Shown here: in pieces, positions 47,976-60,060 of the stretch
Numbering within the stretch: the stretch's first letter is position 1
How the letters are laid out: every line of letters starts with the position of its first letter
NCBI RefSeq assembly: GCF_964204645.1
Contig: NC_134029.1
Location: 10,380,850 to 10,444,849, forward strand
DNA: 64,000 bases
Origin: Tubulanus polymorphus
Taxonomy: Eukaryota > Animalia > Nemertea
Reading direction: 5' to 3'
Translations under genes and position numbers: made by a program
The notes under the pieces: model-generated
What the model was told of the DNA's origin: nothing
Databases searched by the model: none
Seen by the model: only the letters and a program-made list of their open reading frames with translations

Positions 47976-49305
47976 CAGGAATGGGAACAAAATTTTTGTA
48001 TGCGATCTTCGTCAGCCAATTTGACTGACGAATAATTGGCCTAATTTGCCTGGCATTTTCTGGTATTTTGAGATATCCGTCTAATTTTTGTTGTAATCAA
48101 CGCACAACAGATTCGTTGTTTGTTTGATACCTATAACACCTCACCTGACGATCTTAATCCATGTGCAAATCGGCCGTAAAGTGAGAGTAAATTTCCATCA
48201 ATTCAACGGCGACCATTTTGAAAACTTGTGGAGGGCGCTGGCACCTGTGGCCTGAGGCCAGGACAACAGCACAAACTAACGAAACGACGAAATTGAAAAA
48301 ATTAAGAAATCAATACTAATTCACATTTTTCTTCATCGGGAATTTATTATTTCATTATCTATCATGGAAAGCGCGAAGAATTGAAATATATGATGAAAAA
48401 CCATCAAAAATAAAAATTGTCGTTTCGTCTTGGAAGTTTTTTATAAATCCTTGTAGGTCACCTTGTCTATCATGCCACATGTATGCCATACAGAGAAATG
48501 GCGGCCAATGGTGGAATTTGTGGAGAAATTAATTAATTTCTCAAAATAGTGTTGATTAATCGCTCGAAATATATATAAAATTGGATTATTTCGAAAGGTA
48601 CCTTTGATAGTTTGCGAATTAAGCCATTAGTTGTGGACTGAAGTAAAAAGAAAGTATATTTTTGAAGTGTTACTTTTTTCAACCGTGATTTGGCCCTTGT
48701 CATCCCTAACGTTGGTATAAGCCCATCCGATTATAAAAAGGAAACCACCAACAATTAGATAACTTACTAACCGGTTCCCTACAACGTCTGACGCTAAAGT
48801 ATCATATAGAGGTTAACTCCTGTTAATTGCAATGCAACAACTGATTTTAGTGTCAAATCAAACCTTTGTACTAAAATAAATAAATTAGTTACCTTGTTGA
48901 CTTTGAAAACGTGTTTTATAATAATATTTTGATTTGATTTGAATTGAATTGATTGCCACAATCGGGATTTCCAATACGGACTAAGTTAATAAAATGTGAA
49001 AATTCAATATGTCTCTCTAAACTTACTCTAGGCACTAAATGTTAATTTTTGTTGATAAAACGCATAAATTTTGGTCAATGTTAACCTTAAGAATTTGAAA
49101 CAAGAATAATATCTGCATTGGCATCAATGTCAGTCCAAGTTCAAGTCCGAATCTGTAATTTACACTCCCCTCATGCACCACAAAAAGCCGCCATATTTGT
49201 TATGGTGCTTCACTTCAACTATTTCTTGAGGCGACTAGTCAAAAGTTTTGAGCTACTACAGGGAATCCACCCATTTAGTCTTCTGACATTTAGTCTCCCA
49301 GACAT

Positions 49306-49757
49306 TTAGTCCATGAACCACGTATCAGCTTCACAGAGTTTTTTCAAACATACGTCTGTTGCAAAAATCATGATTCTTGATGTTGCGCTCGCGTTATCGC
49401 ACATCAGGAACTCTTCTCCATCCTCTCGGGTTAGAGACCATGTATCTGTAATGAACAGTTCATCATGGGTTGCAGGATCTTTTGGATATTTCTTGCGTCG
49501 AACTCTTTGCATTACTTTCTTGCATGTATCAGCGTGAGGTAATCGGCTTTGTGCATCTGGGTTGTTAAATCTTGAAATTATTTCTGAATGTATTTGAATT
49601 GGAATTTCTCTCGTATTTTCAGCTTGTTTCTTCATTTGAAATCTTGCTTTAATTACTTCAATTTCTGTCATATCTCTACAATGACTATGTTCTGCGGTTT
49701 CTCTAGGTCCAGTGATTTCTTTACTCGTCATTAAGCTTCCTTTACAGCCATCATTTC
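49306..49757 (-). pseudogene. FLYWCH/MULE transposase fragment
   Basis: GCKGSL...HSH...RVRRKKYPKDP...GEEFLMCDN...RIMIFAT..L..L..ADTWFMD; cut just after the first catalytic Asp. Confidence 0.8.
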
Positions 49758-51027
49758 TTTTTAGCCAACTTGGGACTTTAGTCCCAGCGGGCTATTGCGT
49801 TCACTTTTCGTCCGTCCGTCCGTTCGTTCGTTAGTCCGTTCGTCCGTCCGTCCGTAGACTGAATCCAGTTATTTTGGGAAGTTTTGAAGACGCTTTAAGG
49901 TAATGTCTTGATATTTGGGTTACACATGTATCTACCCTAGACACATCTTCAGCCCAAAAAACTGGCCCTGTCAGATTCAAGATGGCCAACTGGCAGCCAT
50001 TGTTGTTCGCCAAAATCAGCACTTTTTACACATTTTTGAACTTTTTGAGGGAAATTTTGAAGACGCTTTGATCAATTACCTTCATCTTTCGGATATATGT
50101 GGATCTTCCCAGTGCCCATCAGCATAACAAAAATTGGGTCGATCGGACTCAAGATGGCCGTCCTATGACCTTTTTAGTGCCCAAAAATGTTAATTTTGGC
50201 CCAAATTCTGAGTCCTGTGTAGCTTCCTACTGGTTTATCATTTCTCATTGCAATTTGTTATGGGTATTCTTTGGAAAGGGATGTTTTATACCTGAGACAG
50301 GTATTTTTCATCAGCCAATTATGACGCAATTGGTGGCCATCTTGGTGTCAGCAGTACTCATTCGTAAGTGGGAAACAGTTTTTCCACATTATATTGATAC
50401 CTAAGCGTATTTTGTTACCACAATCATTAAGAAAGTTGTAGCTCATAACGTGTTCTATGATTGTGGTGAGTTTCAAGGTCATTGGTTTTTGTATATGGCC
50501 ACCAGGGGGCGTTGAATAATGCAATATCTCAGTATTTCTATATTATATTCGTATCAATGCATATTTTGTAACCACAATCAATTGCTAAGTTGTAGCTGAT
50601 GACATCATCTATGATTGTGGCAAGTTTTAAGGCCATTAGTTATTCTATATGGTCACCAGGGGGCGTTGAATAGTAGAATAACATAGTATTTCCTTATTAT
50701 ATTGGTACCGAGGCATATTTTGTTACCATGATCAATTACAAAATTATGGTTCGTGACATGTTCTATGATTGTGGTAAGTTTCGAGGTCATTGGGTTTTGA
50801 ATATGGTCACCAGGGGGCGTTGAATAGTAGAATAACTTAGTATTTCCATATTAAAGTGGTAACGAGGCATATTTTGTTATCACAATCAATTACAAAATCG
50901 TAGCTGCTGAGATGTTCTATGATTGTGGTGAGTTTCAAGGTCATTGGATTCTGTATATGGTCACCAGGGGGCGTTGAATATTTGGAACCACTTCCCAAGT
51001 GGGCATGGTGTCCCTGGACCCCTAGTT
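49758..51027 (+). mobile_element. Helentron-associated non-autonomous element (HINE/DINE-1-like) with four 154-bp internal repeats
   Basis: T-rich flank, subTIR GCC(A/C)ACTTGGG, short IR, (GTCC)n/(GTTC)n tract, tandem array, 3' subTIR CCCAAGTGGGC, GTCC/GGAC hairpin, CTAGTT end. Confidence 0.82.
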
Positions 51028-51494
51028 CTTTACCAAATTAACCGTGTATTTACTAAGATAATCATAAGTATACCGGGGAGCTTTACTGTCTCAAACAAAC
51101 ACAGTATAATTGTTGCGTTTATTAACGGACTCATTGGATTGAACTTCAAAACAAAAATTTACGATATTTAGGTAGGTTGTTATTCAATAGGCCTACGACC
51201 AATCTGTCCGGATGTTAGGCCTACGCATATACATAGGCCTACATAGGCTAGTAGCCTCTACTAGGTTAAAGCTAAGTTCACTGTAAAGGAGGAATCAGAT
51301 TTATTAAAATGCATGTTAATTAGTGATTAACCGGTTGTGATTTGCAACTATCAATCACAATTATCAATTTTATTGCCAAAAATGAAGATTTTTTTGAAAA
51401 TTTCGTCTGAGCAGACAGCTTTATGAGCCAGACTTTTCATTTGAGTTTTTTCATCATAAATGAAACTGGTATTTCATTAATTCCTAATGACTTA

Positions 51495-52104
51495 AGCAGG
51501 GCGTAAGTCGACCTTGCGACGGCTTGTGACTCACTGCGACGCCAATCACAGCCACCGCCAGCGAGGATTGTGTCGCAACGACTCATCGACCTACGCTCCC
51601 TTACGACGGGTTACGACTTTCAGCAACGCCAGTCACAAGAGTCGCATGTGTTCTACTTTCTGCGACGCGACAGGACTGTCACAACCAACCGACGCGCTCT
51701 TGCGACTGGCAGAAACTAGTCGCACACAATCGTATCACAACCTACTTGAACCAAAACTTGCGATGCGACACGATAAGCAGGGCGTAGGTCGGCCTTGCGA
51801 CGGCTTGCGACTCACTGCGACGCCAATCACTGCAACCGCCAGCGACGCCAATCACTGCGACCGCCAGCGACGATTGTGTCGCCACAACTCATCGACCTAC
51901 GCTCCCTTGCGACGGGTTGCGACTTTCGGCAACGCCAGTCACAAGGAGTCGCACGTGTTCTACTTTCTGTGACGCGACACGACTGTCACAACTGACCTAC
52001 GCGCTCTTGCAACTGGCAGAAACTATAGTCGCAAACATTCGCACCGAAACTTGCGATGCAACGCGAGGATCGCATCGTGTCACAAGACCAACCTACGTCC
52101 GGCT
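51495..52104. mobile_element. MITE-like element made of two ~281-bp tandem units
   Basis: Units begin TAAGCAGGGCGTA at 51493 and 51774; right end CCTACGTCCGGCTTTAA is an imperfect inverted repeat of the start. Confidence 0.65.
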
Positions 52105-52129
52105 TTAAGTTACTGCGGAGCACCAGAAA

Positions 52130-52660
52130 TATCTTTTTTTTTTCGTTCAAAAGACCTTTCGCTTGAAAATTCTTTCGTCGGAACAAAATTTATTTCGTTC
52201 GAACCAATAATATTCTATTCGATTGAACCAATTTGACAAAATCGTTAGAACAAAGTTGAACAAACTTTTTTTTGTCCAAACGAAAGGTTTTTCGTTCGAA
52301 CAATCGTTCAATCGAACAGAATCGTTTTAATTTGAACAGAATTTTCTTGTCAGAACATTAAGTTTTTCGTTCGAACAAGCATATTGAAAAAAGTTTTTTC
52401 TCCGAACCGAAAGTATTAAGTATTTCGTTCAATCGAACAGAATTGTTTTCATTCAAACATTCGTTCGAAAAAATTTGTTTTCGCTCAACCAAATTTTTCA
52501 TTTCAACAATAATATAGCTTTTTATTCGAACACATTTTTTGTGAGAATGAAGAAAATTTTTGGTTCAAGCAAAAGCGTATTGTTCGATCAAACAGAATTA
52601 TTTTCATTCGAACAAGATTTTCTGGTTGGAACATTAAGTTTTTTGGTCGAACAGCGTGTT
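52130..52660. repeat. Degenerate TTCGTTCGAAC-rich repeat
   Basis: Recurrent TCGTTCGAACA-like motifs. Confidence 0.6.
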
Positions 52661-55592
52661 AAGGTCGATTTGGAAATTTATTTGGTCTGGTACATGTTGG
52701 ATTACTGTGTATGTCATTTGTCAGGACATTAAACAGAAGACAACTTAGGATACTACCTTGCGTGACTCCACTAGTTTGACCGACTTATTCCAAGATGAGG
52801 CGTTCCGTTGATTTTGGCTACAAGTTTTCGTTCAGAGATAACTGCTGAGCCATTTGGGCGACCTATCATTGATACTGTTTCCTAATAGGCCTAGCCTGTT
52901 TAGTAATGGCTGATGTTGTGCCTTATCAAATGCTTTGTCGAAATCCACCGTTGAACAGGATTCTAAGACTGTGCAGAAAACCCGTTATCGCTGCTTTGCA
53001 GCTATATTTATTATTTTATGTCACACTATTTTCACTAAAAGAACTAAGGCTTTGTTACCTTGCCGCTGTTGTCGATACAATCCGTATGATATCGTTCAGC
53101 TCACTGAGATCTACAAATACTCCGCGTGTTTTTTCACGAATCATCGTTACAAAAGCACTGTCTGGCCGTAAACATAAAAAATTTAGCCCCATTCAATGGG
53201 GCGACATGTTTTTCGAGTCGTCATCCCGCAATCAACCCGCAGGCCGATTGTCACGTCGATTATCAATTCAAGTATAAATGAACTAATTTATTGCCGCACA
53301 CTACATTCAGCCGCGGTCTTCAAATTTTAACAAAAGCCCATTTTCCTCATCAAATCATATTACCGATACACAGGAAATTTACTACTTTAGATTTTAAAAG
53401 CACTGTCGAGCCGTAAACATCGACGAATCGAAGTGTATCACTACATCGTCGTTCCGGGGATCAGCTGCGAGTTTCTCCTCATCATGAGAATCAAATCGAG
53501 TACAAATTAATTTATTACTACCAGTGATTTGGCTGCGGGTTTCAAGGAGTTAGTTTAACAATACCTATTTTTCTTTACCAAATTAACCGTGTATTTACTA
53601 AAATAAATCTTTAGTGTACTGGGGAGTCGTAGGCCTAAACTAAACACGCCGTAGAGATATAGCGGAGAAAAGCTGTTATGTCAACGAGGTATCAAAATAA
53701 AAGAATATATTACTTTATTCGGCCGCGGGCTTCAACCTCTATATCAATACCATCAATACTCTATATTTCCTACAGTACATACCGATCATTGTCAAATGCA
53801 CAAGGTCTTTACTAAATACAAGTTTATAACACACTCCTATCCGTATGCTGGACTCACTTGACATTCGGAGTAAGCGTTCGCTGTGGGGGAAAGGGATCGT
53901 TCGCTGTGTCGCTTGAAGTGTTTATCGAGTTTGACGCGGCTTTAGGCCTACCGGTACTGAGCTTTACTGTATCAAACAAACGCAGTACAATTTGTAGCGT
54001 TTGTGCAATCGTATTTATTAAAATGTATTAAATCGAATTGAATTGAATAATATGTAGAATTTTCGTGTATTGATATTGTAGCGTCTGTGCAATTGTATGT
54101 ATTTATTCAAATGTATTGAATTGAATTGAATGGAATAATATTTAGAGGGGGGCGGGATAGGTTTGTTAGATGTTACTCTATTTACTTTTGTTGAATTTAA
54201 GATGTATACTGTATATAGATATTGTGTATTGATATGTTGTATAGATGGGGGGTGGGATCACTTACTTAAAATGTGTATTTTTAACCGGCTAAGTATCCGT
54301 AAATTTTAATCAGGCTGGTAGTGTCCGTGGCACGCGAGTGGCGGCGCTATCAGCTGGTGTGTCGGTTGTCATGTCAGTTGTTGGGCTAGCGGGGTGGGGT
54401 TACCAGGCTGAGCTGCCCGTTGTCATGCTGAGATGCTGGGGTCAACCGATTATCATTATTTAACGATATTAACTGTTTTACCGGTCGTATTGACTCCCAT
54501 CATTTCAGTTTGGCAGTTGACAGCCAGACTTGGTAAGCATCAGTTGATTCGTCGGTCAGCTCCGGTCTTTGACCGGGCTGACCGACATTCACGTAATCGG
54601 TTCACTATTGATAATTAATAAGTCAGTCAGGTCGGCCGTCTCCTTTTTATCGTTTTCAACGACGATTGTGATTGACAGCTTGGATTTGTCTGAACTTCCA
54701 TTAATTTACTCTTCGAACCGTATTTGCGTGATTTGATTGTCGATTCGAATTATATGATGATACGTTTACGTAATAGGTTTTTGTTCTTTTACGAGATACT
54801 TAGACGGTAGATTCGATAAAGAAAAGAATAAGTTATGTAGTAGAATTAACCTAATATTTATTCACTTTGAATTATAATAAGAAAGTATGACTTTAATAAA
54901 TTAATAATTAGATTCAGTATTTTATATGCGGCTTCAGACTTATCTATTGAGAATGGTCAGAACCTTAATAAGGACTGAGGAAAAATTATTTATGATATCA
55001 GCTTTTTGACAAGATTGAAATGGTGGAGACGAATAGCAGAGGACTATTTAGTAGGGACTTTGAGCCTACAGCCCATAGGTGGGAGAATCTATGGTAGGAT
55101 TTTGGACTGCCATTAGTATGAAGTGAGGGTTACGGGATTATTCTATAGACCGGTCGAATGTAGGGTAGATCCAGGTATAATTTGGGGTGGCCAACTCAAT
55201 TATATGCTGTGGGCCTTACGGGCATGTAAGATACATGTTGCTGAGGATAACCGTATACCGGAAAATAGGCTATTCGTGCTCGGTATGCACGATCTTAACA
55301 TAGCAGACTATAATTTTCAAATCGTGGCTGTTTTATAGATTTATCTCTCTCGGTTTCTCATGAGGATCATCTCTTGCGGTGAAATATTATTTCCCTTTTT
55401 GGTTTCACTACCAGAAATCATTCGACGTAAGCGAACTCCGTAGCGGGCTTGGAAGACTTTAGATTTTACCTTCAAGACCTCCTGACATATTAGATGAATG
55501 ACGATTGAAGCAGCAAATTGATGAGCAGAAGAATGACCGCCATATTAGAAGAGAGAGGGCAGCACCGTGTTGCCCCCGTTTTCCGCTACAAT

Positions 55593-55610
55593 TGGTGTCA
55601 GAAGTGGGAT
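55593..55610 (+). promoter_or_regulatory. Primer binding site, tRNA-Leu(CAA)
   Basis: TGGTGTCAGAAGTGGGAT two nt after the 5' LTR. Confidence 0.92.
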
Positions 55611-55828
55611 GATTCTTTTTGAGATTCCAGATTGAGAGATAATAATTTTTTTTATATAGCCTCGCAACATAACAGATACATATTTAAGTAGATTCTGACC
55701 TGTTCCCTTTAGATAGAGTCGATAAGTTTTGCATAAAGTAGTATATGTAGTTAAGTTTTAAACAAGGACATACAATTTAGACTTCTTATTTTATACAGAT
55801 TCGAAGTCGTACAAGTCAGCAAAAAAAA

Positions 55829-56887
55829 ATGAGTTATCCTGTGACTCGTGCATCGCGCGCTCGCATTATGCGTAGTAAAAGTTCGGAAGATTTATCAAGT
55901 CCAGACGGTCTTGTGAATAACGAGACGTCTATAATAGTTCAAGGTGATGTAGGTCCTGTTAGCAAGTCCGCGTCGTATCGGTCTAGTATGACTAGTAATC
56001 CGACAGGCCAAACGTTCTCTGGCGAGAGTCAAGATGGAACGTGGTCTCAAAGTAGTGGTTCGGCGGATGTAGGTAGAACAAGTTCTTCCAGTTCCCGTAA
56101 TGTAGAACCAAACGTGATCTGTAAGATAAAACCAGAAAATTATTCAGGTGACGGATCATGGCAAGATTACAGATTAGGGTTTGAAACAGTAGCAAGAATT
56201 AATCACTGGTCAAACGATGTTAAAGCCGACTTCTTATTCGCTTCATTACGAGGCGCGGCTAGGCAACTAGTTTGTACTAAGCTGGTTAACACGGAAAGAT
56301 TAGAGTATCAAGAAATTTGTAAGATTTTAGACGCAAGATTTGGTCCAGGGGATTTCGCAGAAGTTCATCTGGCCGAACTGCGCAATCGAAAACGCAAGAG
56401 ACACGAAAGTTTAAAAGAATTGGGACAAGCAGTAACAATTCTGTGTGCTCAAGCATATCCTGAATTCTCTTTGGTGCAAAGAGACAAGCTAGCCAGAACG
56501 CATTTCATCGAAGCATTGTCCGATGGTGAAATGAGAATGAGATTATGGCAATCAGATGTAAAGAGTTTTGATGAATTAATCTCATACGCGTTACGTTTAG
56601 AAAGTATATATATGATGGAATCATCGAATGATAGATTTCCAAGAGAAACATATGTAAGACAAGCAATAGTTTCAGATGAGGTTTCTGAGCTTAAGAAAGA
56701 AATGGCGAGTTTAAGAGAGGATGTGCGACGTATGTGCAATAGTCGCAGAAATAATTATAAATCTCAGTCAACACCATATAGAACAAGTAATAACGTAGTT
56801 TGTTATAACTGCCAGCAGAAAGGTCATATAGCAAGACAATGTACACAGCAGCCTTTAAACTCTCCCGCGCCGTTCAAAAGGGAGTAG
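55829..56887 (+). CDS. gag: Gypsy Gag
   Basis: KPENYSGDGSWQDY..F..A..N.W, SLRGAA, CYNCQQKGHIARQC knuckle; open 352 aa. Confidence 0.93.
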   Translation: MSYPVTRASRARIMRSKSSEDLSSPDGLVNNETSIIVQGDVGPVSKSASYRSSMTSNPTGQTFSGESQDGTWSQSSGSADVGRTSSSSSRNVEPNVICKIKPENYSGDGSWQDYRLGFETVARINHWSNDVKADFLFASLRGAARQLVCTKLVNTERLEYQEICKILDARFGPGDFAEVHLAELRNRKRKRHESLKELGQAVTILCAQAYPEFSLVQRDKLARTHFIEALSDGEMRMRLWQSDVKSFDELISYALRLESIYMMESSNDRFPRETYVRQAIVSDEVSELKKEMASLREDVRRMCNSRRNNYKSQSTPYRTSNNVVCYNCQQKGHIARQCTQQPLNSPAPFKRE

Positions 56888-59800
56888 GTTCGGCTAGAGT
56901 AAATAAATCAAGTCTCCCAAAGAATTTAGAGATTGAAAATAGACAAAAGAAAGATGATTCTAAAGTATACGTACTGTCCAAAAATGATAAATCACAATCG
57001 GCGATTTATTTGTCGGCAGTAGTACACGGAGTGTCTGTGAAGTATCTGGTAGATACCGGTGCTCATAACACAATCATCAGTAATCGTTTGTATACTGAAA
57101 TTATAAAGAATCACAAGATAAAATTAGAACAATCAACTATACGACTCTATGCAGCTGATCATAGTAGTATTAGAGTGAGAGGTACAGCGGTCATTCCCTT
57201 AGGCTTATTTGGTAAAAATATACCTTGGGAAGTGATAGTGGCCGAAATTAAAGAAGATGCAATTCTCGGAATGGATTTTCTGACAGCATATGATTGTCAT
57301 ATCCATTTAAAACAGCGTACGGTGACTTGTCAAGGTCATCAAATGCATGAGGAGCCAATAGCGCCTATTCACGAGAACGCAATATTAATTAGATCAACAG
57401 ACAGAATTAAGGTCCCGCCTTTATCTGAAATAACGGTGCCGGGCTATATCGACGAGAAAGATAAACAGTACTTAGGCAAGTGGGCGATGGTGGAATCGAA
57501 CCACAATTGGAAGTTAGGCCCTGAAATGTGTGTAGCACGTAGTGTAGTGGACACGGAAAAATCACAGATATTAGTTAGAATCGTAAATTTAGGCGATCAG
57601 CCGAGAGTATTGTATAAAAATACCTCTATGGCTAAAATATCAAGGGTAAGAGCTATATGGTCACGAGAAGAGGCAAGTGGTAAATCAGATCAAGTTAATC
57701 AAGTAGAGAGTAAAGAATCCTTAGAATATCTAGAAGACTTAATTAAGCGTAGTTGCGATGGTTTGAGCCCGGAACAAGCTAGAAAAGTGCGAAATTCAAT
57801 TGTGAAATACGCGGATGTATTTGCGAAATCAGATACGGATTTAGGGGAAGCGAAAGGAGTTTACCATACTATAGATACAGGTTCAACGCCGCCTATCAAA
57901 CAACGATTTCGGCGTTTACCATTAGCGAAACAAGTAGAATTAGATAAACTTTTGAAAGATACGATGGATTCTAAAGTGATCGAGAATAGTCAGTCACCAT
58001 GGAGCAGTCCAATAGTATTGGTGACTAAAAAAGATGGTAACCTTAGATTTTGCCTAGACTATCGGGCTTTGAACGAATGTACAGTATCAGACTCCTATCC
58101 ATTACCTCGAATTGATGATACGATAAGGTCTTTATCGGGAGCCAAGTATTTCTGTGGAGCCGATCTTCAGGCAGGTTACTGGCAAGTTCCGGTATCGCCT
58201 TAAGACAAAGAAAAGACTGCTTTTGTAGTACCGCAAGGTTTATATCAATTTAGAAAAATGCCTATGGGTCTCAAAAATAGTGGTCCTACTTTTGAGAGAC
58301 TTATGGAGAGAGTACTGGAAGGCTTATTGAACGACATAGTCCTAGTTTATCTAGATGATGTCATTATATTTGGCAAAGATTTCGAATCAACTTTGATGAA
58401 TTTAGAGAAAGTTTTGGAGCGCCTTCGAGCCGCGGGGTTAAAACTCAAGCCTAAGAAATGTCATTTTTTCAAAAGTAGTATTGAATTTTTAGGGCATGTA
58501 GTGTCAGACCAAGGCATTGCTTGTACAGAAGCGAAAGTTAAAGCAATCAAAGAATGGCCTCAGCCAGTAACTCCGTCGGGAGTGCGTTCTTTTATGGGAT
58601 TAGCCTCCTATTATCGTTCGTTTTGTAAAGGGTTCACTTCAATAGCTAAACCCTTATATACGCTTACAGAAAAAGGCAAAGAATTTAAGTGGTCACCTGA
58701 GTGTGACGTGGCTTTTACAAAGATCAAAGAATTATTAACGACAGCCCCTATATTGGCATATCCAGACCCGAACATATCTTTTATACTAGACACAGATGCT
58801 AGCAATACTGGTATAGGAGCAGTTTTGTCGCAAATTCAGGATGGAAAAGAAAGAGTGATAGCATACGCAAGTCGTACGTTAGCCAAGCCTGAAAGAAATT
58901 ATTGTGTAACGAGACGGGAATTGCTGGCTGTAGTATCGTTCATTAAACATTTTAAATACTATTTGATGGGCAAGCGTTTCACTTTAAGAACAGATCATGC
59001 TTCTTTAATGTGGTTAATGTCATTTAAAGAACCAGAGGGACAGATAGCGAGGTGGATATCCGTATTAAGCACTTACGATTTTGAGATCATCCATAGGCCC
59101 GGCAAGAATCATGGTAATGCCGATGCATTATCCAGACAAGAATGCGTACAATGTGATCGTATAACAAGAAAGAACGAGGGTACCTGTAATGAAATGAGAG
59201 AGAGTAGTATAAATAACTTAGTATCGGAACAAGATATAACAGAAACTCGATATACGTATAGTCAATTCGTTCCAGAGGGCCATTGGCTATCTATGAATAT
59301 CTCACAAGCTCAACGTAATGATCCGGAGTTCAAGTGGATATTTCCGTATATAGAAAGCAATAGCAAACCAGAATGGTCTGATGTGAGCGAATTAGGCGAA
59401 GATGCAAAGTTTTATTGGGCTCGGTGGCAACAGTTAAAGATTATAGATGATGTTTTATATATCTGTAAACAGAGAGAAGGATTTAGTGAATCCATTTTAC
59501 TATTATTACCGGAAGATTATAGAGAAGAAGTTTTACACAGTTTACATAACTCTATAACTGCGGCACATCTAGGGATTCGTAAAACTTTAACAAGAGTGCA
59601 CGGCCGTTTTTATTGGCATCACATCCGGCAAGATGTAAGAATGCACTGCTTGTGTTGTTTTGTATGTGGTGCTCGAAAGACACCAGCAGTGAAACCAAAA
59701 GCTAGCCTACAGTTATACAGAGTGGGTCTTCCAATGGAAAGAATAGCCATGGATATTTTGGGTCCATTACCGACTTCACGCAATGGAATGACCTATATTT

Positions 59801-60060
59801 TAGTAGTTTGCGATTATTTTACGAAATGGGTAGAAGCTTATGCTTTACCAGATCAGAGCGCAGAAACTGTAGCGTGTAAATTAGTTGAAGAATTTATATC
59901 GAGGTTTGGGGTGCCAAGAATAATTCATACGGATCAAGGTGCTAACTTTCAATCTAAATTGATGAAAGAATTATGTGTATTATTGGAGATAAAGAAGACG
60001 AGAACTTGCGCGTATCACCCACAGTCTGATGGATTGGTTGAACGATTTAGTTTTAATTAA
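56854..60060 (+). pseudogene. pol: Gypsy Pol (PR-RT-RH-IN) via -1 frameshift; TAA at 58201-58203; integrase ends just after DGLVERF
   Basis: T TTA AAC heptamer 56854-56860; LVDTGA, YLDD, LDTDAS, H..H..C..C, AMDILGP, TDQG, LVER. Confidence 0.95.
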
